Of a stretch of 64,000 nucleotides of DNA, positions 55,417 to 64,000 are shown in pieces. This DNA is from Chloroflexota bacterium (GTDB lineage Bacteria; Chloroflexota; Anaerolineae; Anaerolineales; Villigracilaceae): positions 3,207-67,206 of the forward strand of contig JBMOMN010000036.1 in the NCBI GenBank assembly GCA_049324115.1, given 5' to 3'. Under the pieces are notes generated by a model that was not told the DNA's origin, searched no databases, and saw nothing but the letters and a program-made list of their open reading frames with translations. Numbering within the stretch: the first letter of the stretch is position 1; every line of letters starts with the position of its first letter. Both the position numbers and the translations under genes were made by a program.

Positions 55417-55911
55417 TTAGCCGGATTGGGTCAACTGCCTGAACATTTGCTCCGGCATCTGCACCGCGACCACCTCGCCCCGCACCGTGACCTCGCCGTT
55501 GGCGATGATCCACTCCTCGACCACCACCTTGCGCCCCTTGAGTTCCTTCACCCGCCCGCGGATCTCCAGCGGGACGCCCAGCGGGGTCGGCTTGAGATAG
55601 GTGACGTTCAGATTGCCGGTGACGAAACGCAGCGGGGGTTCGGTATCCATCCCGCGGCCCTCGGCGCGGTAAGCCGCCGCGGCCGCCGTCCCCGTGCCGT
55701 GACAGTCCACCAGCGAGGCCAGCAGCCCGCCATAGACGAAACCGGGGATGGCAATGTGGTAGGGTTGGGGCGTGAAAAAAGCCACCGATTCGTCCGGGTT
55801 GGCTTCGTCCCAGCGGCTTTTGATCTGGTGGCCCCGCTCGTTCAGGCGGCCGCAGCCGTAGCAATGGGCGGTGTCGTCGGGGTAGTGGTCCTGGAAGGCT
55901 TTGGTGGTCAT
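55417..55911 (-). CDS. PaaI/hotdog-fold thioesterase with an N-terminal Zn-ribbon-like CxxC
   Basis: The start is trimmed to MTTKAFQDHYPDDTAHCYGCG. The hotdog core is GFVYGGLLASLVDCHG. Confidence 0.75.
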   Translation of the reverse strand: MTTKAFQDHYPDDTAHCYGCGRLNERGHQIKSRWDEANPDESVAFFTPQPYHIAIPGFVYGGLLASLVDCHGTGTAAAAAYRAEGRGMDTEPPLRFVTGNLNVTYLKPTPLGVPLEIRGRVKELKGRKVVVEEWIIANGEVTVRGEVVAVQMPEQMFRQLTQSG

Positions 55912-55919
55912 CGAATCTC

Positions 55920-56852
55920 CTAAGGCGAAGTGGTGAGGGTTGGGAGCCGGGTGTGCGTCGGCGTGGGCGTGCGGGAGGGCGTCGGCGAGAGGGTGGGCGA
56001 GGGCGTGATCGAAGGAGTCGGGGTCAGGGAGGGGGTGCGGGTCGTCGAGGGGGTGATGCTCGGGATCGGGGTCCGGCTGGGGGTCAGGGTCGGCGGATCG
56101 CCTTCGAGGATGAAGCGCCCGACCACTTTCCATTCCAGCCCGACGAAAATTTGCACCTCGTAAGTGCCCGGCAGCCACTGGTCGGGCGAGGGCGCCCATT
56201 CGGTGTAACCGTAGCCGCCGGTCGAACCGTCCCAGGGATTGGTCTCGAAGTGGACGAGTTGCCCGTCACGGAACCAGAGCGCGGTCCATTGCGAGCCGGG
56301 GATCATGTCGGTGTAGGAGAACAGTCCGTACATGCGCTGGATCGGGTTCTGGAAGACCGTCGCCGGGTTGACCGGCTGGTAATTCCCGTCGAAAGCCAGG
56401 GCGAATTGCAGCGGGCTGAAGACCGAAGCCGGGTTGGGCGTGACCACGCTCGTGAACAGGGCCTCGACCGAGACCGGCAAGAACGGCGTGGGCGTGATCG
56501 TCGGCGTCTCGGTAACGAGGGGAGTGTTCGTATTTTCGGAGGTCAGGGTGATGGTTGGCGTGAGGGTGATCGTCCCGGTCGTGGAGGCGGTGGGCAAGAT
56601 GGACGGGGTCGGGGTGACGGGGAAGAAGCGGTACGCCACCGGACGCCCGTACTGGGCGAAGACAAAAGAAAAGCCGGCCATGAACAGCCCCAGCCAGATC
56701 ATCCGCCAGCCGCGCGTGACCTGCTGCTGGCGCAGGCGGAAATACGCCAGGTCACGGCCCCGTTTGATGCGCCGCAAACCCAGCCAGGCCGACAAAACGC
56801 CCCCCAGGGCAGCCATGACGATGATCGCTTGAATGCCTGCGTTTACATCCAT
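55920..56852 (-). CDS. Membrane-anchored protein with Thr/Pro-rich linkers, unknown function
   Basis: Two TM helices, TPT/PS-rich low-complexity segments and a central globular domain. Confidence 0.6.
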   Translation of the reverse strand: MDVNAGIQAIIVMAALGGVLSAWLGLRRIKRGRDLAYFRLRQQQVTRGWRMIWLGLFMAGFSFVFAQYGRPVAYRFFPVTPTPSILPTASTTGTITLTPTITLTSENTNTPLVTETPTITPTPFLPVSVEALFTSVVTPNPASVFSPLQFALAFDGNYQPVNPATVFQNPIQRMYGLFSYTDMIPGSQWTALWFRDGQLVHFETNPWDGSTGGYGYTEWAPSPDQWLPGTYEVQIFVGLEWKVVGRFILEGDPPTLTPSRTPIPSITPSTTRTPSLTPTPSITPSPTLSPTPSRTPTPTHTRLPTLTTSP

Positions 56853-56918
56853 GGGCGTGATTATAGCATTGACTGCCCGGCGGCTGAATTTTTACCCCGC
56901 CCCCAACGACTCGCGGGG

Positions 56919-57287
56919 TCAACCCGCCTGCAGGATGCGCGTCCGGGTGATGAACAGCAAGCCGAGCAGGGCCAGGTTCAGGGCCAGGAAGACCGCGTCC
57001 ACCGCCCCGAACTGGTCCATGATGGATACGACGATAATGAGCGCCACGTACAGGATGGCGAAGAAGAACACCTGCCGGCTGGCTGTCGCGATCCTGAAGC
57101 CGAACCACAGCATCAGGCCCCCGTTGATGAGCATCAAAACGGCATACACCCAGCGCCAGATGGCGGGGTCTGCGCCGCTGGCGGCCTGGACCAGGCTGGC
57201 GATCCCGAAAGCCAGCCAGATGACGGCATTGACCAGGAACAGCCCGCGGGTGGCTTTGAGCAGGGTTTCGATATTGTCTTTTTGCAT
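56919..57287 (-). CDS. Small 4-TM membrane protein, unknown function
   Basis: 122 aa, hydrophobic throughout. Confidence 0.55.
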   Translation of the reverse strand: MQKDNIETLLKATRGLFLVNAVIWLAFGIASLVQAASGADPAIWRWVYAVLMLINGGLMLWFGFRIATASRQVFFFAILYVALIIVVSIMDQFGAVDAVFLALNLALLGLLFITRTRILQAG

Positions 57288-57775
57288 CGCAACTCCTTTT
57301 GTGCAGGTTTATTTTACACAATTTTCTCCGGCGAGAAATACCCGATAAACCAACACGGAAGGCACTACTCCTACGTGAATACCCCAAACCTTTGCCGCGG
57401 ATTCGCTATCGCACAACTAAATTCTTTGCCGCGGATTGCGCTAATTAACGCGGATCATTCAAGAAAAATTAGCGAGTCCGCTGCAAAAACCTTTTGAAAC
57501 ACGAAGGAACACAACACCTGCCCTCCCACTCCGCTGCGCTTCGGGGACTATCGTGGCGGGCGGTGCCAGGGAGTCAACGAAGGAAAATCTTTACGGCAAG
57601 GCGCTTTTCCCCTTTGAGAGCCTTCGTGTTACTTTGTGTTTAGGCTCGTTCCCGTTTGTTGCGGAAGAGCCTAAAAGGTTTTCTCTGTAGATTCTGTGAT
57701 CTCACTGGTGAATAAATGGGCGACCCCACCAAATGCCAGAGAGCCAAAAAACCAAACCTGTGGTAAAACCATCCC

Positions 57776-58636
57776 ATGCCCGAACTCGTCTTCCTCAAAC
57801 TCGGCGGCTCGCTGATCACCGACAAGACCCGCCCCTACACCCCCCGTCTCGACGTTTTGGCCCACCTGGCCGCCCAGATCGCCGCCTCCAACGTGCGGAT
57901 GGTGCTGGGGCACGGCTCCGGGTCGTTTGGGCATACCGCAGCGAAGGCGTACAGGACGAGGGAGGGAACCCCAACCCCCGACCCCCACCGGCCTATCGGC
58001 CACCTCCCCCAAATTCGGACGAACCCCGGTCCGATTTTTGGGGAGGCCGGGAGGAGGTCATATTGGCACGGCTTCGGCGAAGTCTGGTTCCAGGCCTCGG
58101 CGCTGAACCGGCACGTGATCGAGGCGCTACACGCAGCCGGGGTTTCGACGATGACCTTCCCGCCCTCCGCGGGCGTGACGGCGCGGGATGGGCGGATCAC
58201 CGCCTGGGAGCTGACTCCCCTGCGCCGCGCCCTGGAGGCGGGCCTGCTGCCCGTTATCTATGGCGACGTGGCCTTCGACGAAGTGCGCGGCGGGACGATC
58301 CTCTCGACCGAGGAGCTGTTCCTCCACCTGGCGCGGGAACTCCGTCCGGGGCGGGTTTTGCTGGCAGGGCTTGAGGAGGCGGTTTGGGCCGATTTCCCGG
58401 CGCGCAGGCTTCGGGTCCGGCACGTGACGCCCGGCTCGTTCGACGAGATCCGCCGGGGGGTTGGGCAGGCCGCCGGCGCGGACGTCACCGGCGGGATGGA
58501 GTCCAAAGTCAAGGAAATGCTGGCCCTGGCGCAGGAGATCCCGGGGCTGACCGCGCAGATCTTCTCCGGCGAAATCCCCGGAAACCTGGCCAAGGTTTTG
58601 CAGGGAGAAGTGCTCGGGACGCTTATCTCGGCCTGA
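57776..58636 (+). CDS. Isopentenyl phosphate kinase (amino-acid-kinase fold)
   Basis: [34 protein letters not shown] and GEVLGTLI match the archaeal-type IPK pattern. Confidence 0.8.
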   Translation: MPELVFLKLGGSLITDKTRPYTPRLDVLAHLAAQIAASNVRMVLGHGSGSFGHTAAKAYRTREGTPTPDPHRPIGHLPQIRTNPGPIFGEAGRRSYWHGFGEVWFQASALNRHVIEALHAAGVSTMTFPPSAGVTARDGRITAWELTPLRRALEAGLLPVIYGDVAFDEVRGGTILSTEELFLHLARELRPGRVLLAGLEEAVWADFPARRLRVRHVTPGSFDEIRRGVGQAAGADVTGGMESKVKEMLALAQEIPGLTAQIFSGEIPGNLAKVLQGEVLGTLISA

Positions 58637-58748
58637 TCTGCCGCAAATTGTGACGAATATTACAAGAAAGAGGGACAGAAATCTATTGCGTAATTCCCAA
58701 AAATCGTCAAAAATAGTAGGGTATCTAATCCCACATGGAGATGACTTG

Positions 58749-60653
58749 ATGACACGAAAATTCACCCCCACCCCATTGACACTTTTGAACCCTGTGCCCT
58801 CCGATATCGAAATTGCGCAGGCCGGAACGCTGAAACCCATCACCCTGATCGCCGAGGAACTCGGCATCGAATTGGACGAGCTTGAACTCTTTGGCCCTTA
58901 CAAAGCCAAGATCAAGCTCGAAATTTTGGAGCGGCTCAAAGACCGCCCGGACGGCAAGTACATTGACGTGACCGCCATCACCCCCACCCCGCTGGGCGAA
59001 GGCAAGACCACCACGACCGTGGGCGTTTCCCAGGCGCTTGGGGCGCATTTGGGCAAGAACGTGATGACGGTCATCCGCCAGCCCTCGCAGGGGCCGACGT
59101 TTGGGATCAAGGGCGGCGCGGCCGGCGGCGGGTACAGCCAGATCATCCCGATGGAAGATTTCAACCTGCACCTGACCGGCGACATCCACGCCATCACCGC
59201 CGCCCACAACCTGTGCGCCGCCGCCCTGGACGCCCGCATCATGCACGAGGCGAAGACCCCGGACGACGAGAAACTCTTCGACGCCCTCTGCCCGCCCGAC
59301 AAAAAGGGCAACCGCAAGTTCTCCCCCTCGATGCTGCGCCGCTTGAAGAAACTCGGCATCGCCAAGACCGACCCGAACGACCTGACCCCCGAAGAGCGTT
59401 CCCGCTTCGCCCGCCTCGACATTGACTACAGCGGCGTGCAGTGGCGGCGCGTGATTGACATCAACGACCGCATGTTGCGCGAGATCCAGGTGGGGCTGGG
59501 CAAGGAAGAAGCCGGGTTCGAGCACAGTTCCGGCTACGACATCACCGTGGCCTCCGAGATCATGGCCATCCTGGCCCTGACCACCGACCTGGCCGACATG
59601 CGCGAGCGCCTGGGCCGGATGGTGGTCGCCATCAATCGCAAGGGCGAAGCCGTCACCGCCGAAGACCTGGGTGTGGCCGGCGCCATGACCGTGCTGATGA
59701 AGGATGCCATCAAGCCGAATTTGATGCAGACCCTCGAAGGCACGCCCGCCATCGTCCACGCCGGGCCGTTCGCCAACATCGCCCACGGCAACAGTTCCAT
59801 CATCGCCGACAAGATCGCCCTCAAGCTGGCCGACTACGTGATCACCGAATCCGGCTTCGGCGCGGACATCGGCATGGAAAAATTCATGGACATCAAGTGC
59901 CGCTACTCCGGGCTGATCCCGCACGTGGTGGTGCTGGTCGCCACGGTGCGCGCCCTCAAGATGCACGGCGGCGGCCCGAAGGTGGTGGCCGGCAAGCCGC
60001 TGGCTCCCGAATACACCGAGGAGAACCTCGAACTGCTCGAAAAGGGCCTGCCCAACATGGTCCAGCACATCGAGAACGCCTTGAAGTTCGGCGTGAACGT
60101 GGTCGTGGCGGTCAACTCCTTCGCCACCGACACCCCCGCCGAAGTGGAAATGGTCCGCAAGGCCGCCCTCGAAGCCGGGGCGATGGACGCGGTCGTCTCA
60201 CGCCACTGGATGGAAGGCGGCCAGGGCGCGGTGGCCCTGGGCGAAGCGGTCGTCAAGGCCTGCGAACAACCCAGCAGCTTCAAGTTCCTCTACGATGCCG
60301 ACCTGCCGATCAAGGAAAAGATCGAGATCATCGCCCGCGAAATCTACCGCGCCGACGGGGCAGACTACACCCCCGAAGCCGAAGCCAAGATCGAGCAATT
60401 CACCCAGCTCGGTTTCGCCAACCTGCCGCTCTGCATGGCCAAGACCCACCTGTCCTTCTCGGACCAGGCTGCGGTCAAGGGCGCGCCGCGCGGCTTCCGC
60501 GTCACCATCAGCGACATCCGCGCCAGCGTGGGGGCGGGCTTCCTCTATCCGCTGCTGGGCACGATGCGCACCATGCCCGGCCTGCCCACCCGCCCGGTCT
60601 TCTACGACGTGGACCTCGACCTCGAGACCGGCAAGGTCGTCGGGCTGTTCTAG
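58749..60653 (+). CDS. fhs: Formate-tetrahydrofolate ligase
   Basis: The start is trimmed to MTRKFTPTP after a GGAG RBS. It has PSDIEIAQ and the P-loop [15 protein letters not shown]. Confidence 0.93.
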   Translation: MTRKFTPTPLTLLNPVPSDIEIAQAGTLKPITLIAEELGIELDELELFGPYKAKIKLEILERLKDRPDGKYIDVTAITPTPLGEGKTTTTVGVSQALGAHLGKNVMTVIRQPSQGPTFGIKGGAAGGGYSQIIPMEDFNLHLTGDIHAITAAHNLCAAALDARIMHEAKTPDDEKLFDALCPPDKKGNRKFSPSMLRRLKKLGIAKTDPNDLTPEERSRFARLDIDYSGVQWRRVIDINDRMLREIQVGLGKEEAGFEHSSGYDITVASEIMAILALTTDLADMRERLGRMVVAINRKGEAVTAEDLGVAGAMTVLMKDAIKPNLMQTLEGTPAIVHAGPFANIAHGNSSIIADKIALKLADYVITESGFGADIGMEKFMDIKCRYSGLIPHVVVLVATVRALKMHGGGPKVVAGKPLAPEYTEENLELLEKGLPNMVQHIENALKFGVNVVVAVNSFATDTPAEVEMVRKAALEAGAMDAVVSRHWMEGGQGAVALGEAVVKACEQPSSFKFLYDADLPIKEKIEIIAREIYRADGADYTPEAEAKIEQFTQLGFANLPLCMAKTHLSFSDQAAVKGAPRGFRVTISDIRASVGAGFLYPLLGTMRTMPGLPTRPVFYDVDLDLETGKVVGLF

Positions 60654-60728
60654 GCAACCGCAACGGATTTTGAACCGGATAAACGGATGGTTGGGCAGCG
60701 GATTTAGAACCGGATAAACGGATATTGC

Positions 60729-60754
60729 GGGCAGCGGATTCGAGGCCGCTGCCC
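60729..60754 (+). terminator. Hairpin after fhs
   Basis: GGGCAGCGG-attcgagg-CCGCTGCCC followed by GATTTGT. It is the last unit of a 35-36-nt tandem repeat (60660-60754). Confidence 0.45.
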
Positions 60755-60774
60755 GATTTGTATATAATGGGGAC

Positions 60775-62112
60775 ATGACAACCGATCCCGCGACCCTGAC
60801 CATTACCTCCGCCCTGGCCCTGCTCCGTTCCGGCTGCCTGACCCCGGCGGGACTGGCCGAAGCCTGCTCCCGTCAAATCGAGCGCCTCAACCCGACGATC
60901 AATGCTTTTGCGAAGAGAACAGAGATTGGAAGATTAGAGAGTAGTCAAACCGAACTACTCTCCAAGCCTCTAATCTCTATACCTCTTGGGATAAAAGACC
61001 TCATAGATGTCGCCGGGCTGCCCACCCGGGCCGGGTCGCCGGGCCATTTCGACGATACGCCCGCCCTGAAAGACGCCCCGGTCGTCGAGAAACTCAAGGC
61101 CGCCGGGGCACTGATCCTCGGCAAGACCAATACGCATGAGATCGCCCTGGGCATCACCGGGATCAACCCCCACACGGGAGCCGTCCGCAACCCGCACGAC
61201 CCGACGCGGATCACCGGCGGCTCCTCGAGCGGATCGGCCGCGGCGGTCGCCTCGGGCATGGCGCTCGGCGCATTGGGCAGCGACACCGGCGGCAGCATCC
61301 GCATCCCGGCCTCGCTGTGCGGCGTCGTCGGCTTGAAACCGACTTATGGGCGGGTCAGCACGCGCGGGGTCGTTCCGCTTTCGTGGAACCTGGACCACGT
61401 CGGGCCGATCGCCAAATCCGTCGAGGACGCGGCCCTGCTGCTGAATGTCATCGCCGGGTACGATCCCCAGGACCCGGCCTCGGCTGTGGGACAAAATGGC
61501 ATTTTATCCTGCGCTGATATCAAAGGCTGGCGGATCGCCCTGGCCGTTGGCGATTTCGTCGAAGACTGCGACCCCGGGGTGTATCCCGCGGTCGAGCAGG
61601 CCGTTCGAGTATTCGCCGGCCTGGGGGCGCAGGTCGAAAAGGTGGAAATCGCCCTCCTGCGGGAGGCTGCCGCCGCCAACGGGACGATGGTCATCGCCGA
61701 CGCGGCCGCCTTCCACCGCGAGCGGCTGAGCGGGCATCCCGACCGGTTCGGGGCGGACGTGCGCCAGCGCCTCGAAAGGGGACGGGCGGTCACCTCCACC
61801 GAATACGCCCTGGCCCGCCGGGTTCAATCCGAAGCCAAACGCTATTTCGACCTGTTCTTCGAGAAATTCGACCTGCTGATCCTGCCGACCACCGCGGCGG
61901 TCGCCGCCCCCATCCAGGGCCTCGATTCGGCCGCCTACGCCCCCAAGCTGACCCGCTTCACCGCCCCCTTCAACCTGACCGGCCTGCCTGCGCTCTCCCT
62001 GCCCTGCGGCAAAGTGGACGGCCTGCCGGTCGGCCTGCAAATCGTCGGCGGGCCGTGGCAGGAGAGCAAGGTGCTGGCGGCGGGGAGGAGGTTCGAGGGG
62101 AGGAGGGGGTAG
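60775..62112 (+). CDS. Amidase-signature family protein (GatA-like)
   Basis: GGSSSGSAAAVASGMALGALGSDTGGSIRIPA. Confidence 0.88.
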   Translation: MTTDPATLTITSALALLRSGCLTPAGLAEACSRQIERLNPTINAFAKRTEIGRLESSQTELLSKPLISIPLGIKDLIDVAGLPTRAGSPGHFDDTPALKDAPVVEKLKAAGALILGKTNTHEIALGITGINPHTGAVRNPHDPTRITGGSSSGSAAAVASGMALGALGSDTGGSIRIPASLCGVVGLKPTYGRVSTRGVVPLSWNLDHVGPIAKSVEDAALLLNVIAGYDPQDPASAVGQNGILSCADIKGWRIALAVGDFVEDCDPGVYPAVEQAVRVFAGLGAQVEKVEIALLREAAAANGTMVIADAAAFHRERLSGHPDRFGADVRQRLERGRAVTSTEYALARRVQSEAKRYFDLFFEKFDLLILPTTAAVAAPIQGLDSAAYAPKLTRFTAPFNLTGLPALSLPCGKVDGLPVGLQIVGGPWQESKVLAAGRRFEGRRG

Positions 62113-62143
62113 GGTGTGATTGCCAAAGAGTTGTAAAGATGGC

Positions 62144-62680
62144 TCACCCCCACGTTTCGACAATGATATTATCTGCCTTCCACTTTTCGATCCGGGAAAT
62201 CAACGACCCCTCCGGGCTGGCATGGATAATGATCACTCGCCTCGCAATTCGAGCGGCGATGTCATTGCTTTTCAGTGACATTACCTTGGTTACATGCGCT
62301 TGATATTCATTAAACGGCGAGATAACCAACATTCTGCCTTTATCAATTTCACTTTTCCACATAGAAGGAATCCTGGCCCCTTCCAGCCTGCGACCTAAAA
62401 CAGCAATAATTGGACAAGTACCTTTCAATAGAACTTCCAGAACTTCCTTCTCGGCGGGCGCATGAAAGCCGCTGATGATGCCCGTCTCGCCATTCCTGAT
62501 TTCTTTGGCGAAGTCATGCGCCTTCAAAATCAGGCTGGCGGGACATTTTGCGGACGAGAAAATTGCCAGCATGGGGAGATTGAGCAATTCGGCATTTCCG
62601 ACGCAATCCAATTCTCGAAACCAATCCTGGCTTGTGATCGGGTAACTTGGCTGGTCTTTAGAGAGAGACTTGATGTCCAT
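62144..62680 (-). CDS. Stand-alone DprA/Smf-like Rossmann (SLOG-type) protein
   Basis: LAIFSSAKCP...GIISGFHAPAEKEVLEVLL...PIIAVLGRRLE...MLVISPF...RRVIIIHASPEGSL follows the order of the DprA core motifs. No SAM/wHTH extensions. Confidence 0.6.
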   Translation of the reverse strand: MDIKSLSKDQPSYPITSQDWFRELDCVGNAELLNLPMLAIFSSAKCPASLILKAHDFAKEIRNGETGIISGFHAPAEKEVLEVLLKGTCPIIAVLGRRLEGARIPSMWKSEIDKGRMLVISPFNEYQAHVTKVMSLKSNDIAARIARRVIIIHASPEGSLISRIEKWKADNIIVETWG

Positions 62681-62713
62681 CGCTCCCTGGTTCTTCTATC
62701 CCGTTTGCACTGC

Positions 62714-63259
62714 TCAGTTGATTATTCTTGGATTGGCGGTCAGAATATCCACGCCTTTGCCTTTGAAATCCGAATCGTGCGTAACCAATACCAGGCTGTT
62801 ATTTTTGCAGAGACCTGCCAAAATTTGGTCGTTGAAATCGTTTGGGGTCGCTTCAAATTCCAACAACAGGTTATTGATATCAATAACCGAGAAACCGCTT
62901 TCTATACGAGCGGCGAATTTCAAGATATTTCGCACGGCGGCGGCTATGGCTTGCGAGATGGGGTGAAAGTCTGGGCTGTTGCGGAACTGCTTGAAATCTG
63001 GACGGCGGGATTTGTTTGGAAACCGGATGTCATATTCGATCCGCGCAAAGCGGTTGACGAACTCGGAAACCACCAGCACATCTACCCAAATCTGGCTTTT
63101 CGCCCGCACTGCCTCCGCGAGCGCGTTGGAATAAACTTGAGACCTGGGATCGTTGGGCGCGCCTTGAGGCCCGTAAAGCGTGAGCCAGATGTTGGCATCG
63201 AAAAAAAGGTTGTCCGTTTCAGCAAATTGGTAGACCGTGATGTCAACGGCTTTACTCAT
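62714..63259 (-). CDS. PIN-domain nuclease-like protein
   Basis: The acidic quartet pattern is FFDANIW, VSEFVN, FNDQIL and THDSDF. ATG 63259 overlaps the upstream stop (ATGAGTAA). Confidence 0.65.
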   Translation of the reverse strand: MSKAVDITVYQFAETDNLFFDANIWLTLYGPQGAPNDPRSQVYSNALAEAVRAKSQIWVDVLVVSEFVNRFARIEYDIRFPNKSRRPDFKQFRNSPDFHPISQAIAAAVRNILKFAARIESGFSVIDINNLLLEFEATPNDFNDQILAGLCKNNSLVLVTHDSDFKGKGVDILTANPRIIN

Positions 63260-63614
63260 CGTTATCTTCCCCCATGGCTTCGCGCCGCACCGCTTCAATG
63301 ATGGCTGGATCTTTGAAGTATTGCTTGGCTGTTTCGATCACGCGTTTCAAAAGCGCCAGGTCGTCTTTATCAATATCTTGAACGGACAAACTCTCTTTGA
63401 GAACATCCTGCGCGAAAAAACCATACAGTTGACCGACGGCGGCGTTCAGGAATGCCGAGGTAAGGCTTTCGACATTCTGGAACGAAAGACGAACTTTCTT
63501 GCCGTCTTTTAGCGCCTGTTGGATTTGCTCGAATACTTTTTGACCGTCTTGGGAGGCGACGCACAGACTGCTCCCGACGACTTCGTAAATGCGGAGGGTG
63601 ATTGTTTCGCTCAT
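63252..63614 (-). CDS. STAS-like (DUF4325-type) small protein
   Basis: 120 aa. GKKVRLSFQNVESLTSAFLNAAVGQLY is typical of DUF4325/anti-sigma-antagonist-like folds. It lies 12 nt after the GHKL gene. Confidence 0.55.
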   Translation of the reverse strand: MSETITLRIYEVVGSSLCVASQDGQKVFEQIQQALKDGKKVRLSFQNVESLTSAFLNAAVGQLYGFFAQDVLKESLSVQDIDKDDLALLKRVIETAKQYFKDPAIIEAVRREAMGEDNDE

Positions 63615-63626
63615 TATAGGTTCCTT

Positions 63627-64000
63627 TTAGAAAGGGTTTTGTGGCTGTTCAGACGATAAAGCGTAAATGCTGGCATCTGCCGTGTTGATCTCGATATTGA
63701 CCACCGTGCCGGGGAAGGGATGGGGCAGGGTTTTCTTTTCGACATTGCCATCGGCGCGTTGCTCCCAGTAGCCAGTATGGGATACGACCTGAATGCGCCC
63801 GCGGTTCAAGCGGATGAACTCGCGCAGTAATTTTAGCCCAAGCCCGCCTGGGATCGAACCCGTTTTGGTAGTGTTCCTGCCTTCCATTGCCCAATCAATG
63901 GCATCCTCAGGAGGAAAGCGCAATCCTTTTTTGTTGATCAGAGTTTGCGGGATACCGATTCCCAGGTCAGCAATCGCAAAGTCAATGTGGTTCTTGGCGG
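63627..64000 (-). CDS. GHKL (HATPase_c-like) ATPase/kinase, C-terminal part (gene runs off the window end)
   Basis: The frame is open to the edge: ...AKNHIDFAIADLGIGIPQTL (DxGxG) ...GSIPGGLGLKLL (G2 box). Confidence 0.65.
   Translation of the reverse strand, partial: AKNHIDFAIADLGIGIPQTLINKKGLRFPPEDAIDWAMEGRNTTKTGSIPGGLGLKLLREFIRLNRGRIQVVSHTGYWEQRADGNVEKKTLPHPFPGTVVNIEINTADASIYALSSEQPQNPF

Noticed and set aside
57300-57775. A 475-bp gap upstream of the IPK gene containing sequences such as CTTTGCCGCGGATT and CTGTGATCTCACTGGTG, considered as a possible ncRNA.
   Set aside because: The segments resemble other dispersed repeat fragments in the window (15780-16010 and 34600-34690). I could not define a conserved structure or promoter, so I treat them as repeat debris.
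58637-58748. A possible ZTP (pfl) or other riboswitch upstream of fhs.
   Set aside because: I could not find the conserved ZTP pseudoknot elements (GGGTCGTGA ... CCGCCTGGGCA-like) or any convincing conserved structure in the 110-nt leader.

Overview
This is a GC-rich (roughly 60%+ by eye) bacterial chromosomal segment. I support about 55 CDS and one tRNA-Leu(CAG); I saw no rRNA, CRISPR array or transposase. All functional calls come from reading motifs in the ORF translations, since no database search was possible. A bacterial isopentenyl phosphate kinase, EtfAB with an acyl-CoA dehydrogenase, multiheme cytochromes and dense hairpin/CATTGCGAG-type repeats suggest a Chloroflexota (Anaerolineae-like) genome, but that is inference only.

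Housekeeping genes include rho, gyrA, birA, groES, cspA, hemW, fhs, psuK-psuG, etfBA, an ABC-F ATPase and an EF-G paralog. A respiratory block holds sqr, an Rrf2 regulator, cydAB and a fused cydDC.

The standout is a minus-strand gene set at 38.2-48.5 kb. It encodes a 2x[4Fe-4S] ferredoxin, a FAD/NAD(P) oxidoreductase and a 5-TM membrane protein with two H-x13-H helices (predicted di-heme b). These are followed by three membrane-anchored multiheme c-type cytochromes carrying about 30, 18 and 57 CxxCH sites. I read this as a candidate NAD(P)H/ferredoxin-driven, NOX-like outward electron-export chain.

Other candidates:
- A thioredoxin-fold gene with an in-frame TGA at the first CxxC position (UxxC) and a downstream hairpin, a possible selenoprotein.
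- A KAP P-loop NTPase fused to an FGE/SUMF1 domain, next to a frameshifted higBA module.
- A GHKL-ATPase / STAS-like / PIN / DprA-like operon cut by the window end.
- A translationally coupled pair of SPFH-like membrane proteins plus a small protein.

The window is also saturated with short tandem repeats (7-, 8-, 14-, 17-nt units) and hairpin repeats. Several are inserted in frame inside essential genes (cydDC, hemW, the isopentenyl phosphate kinase).
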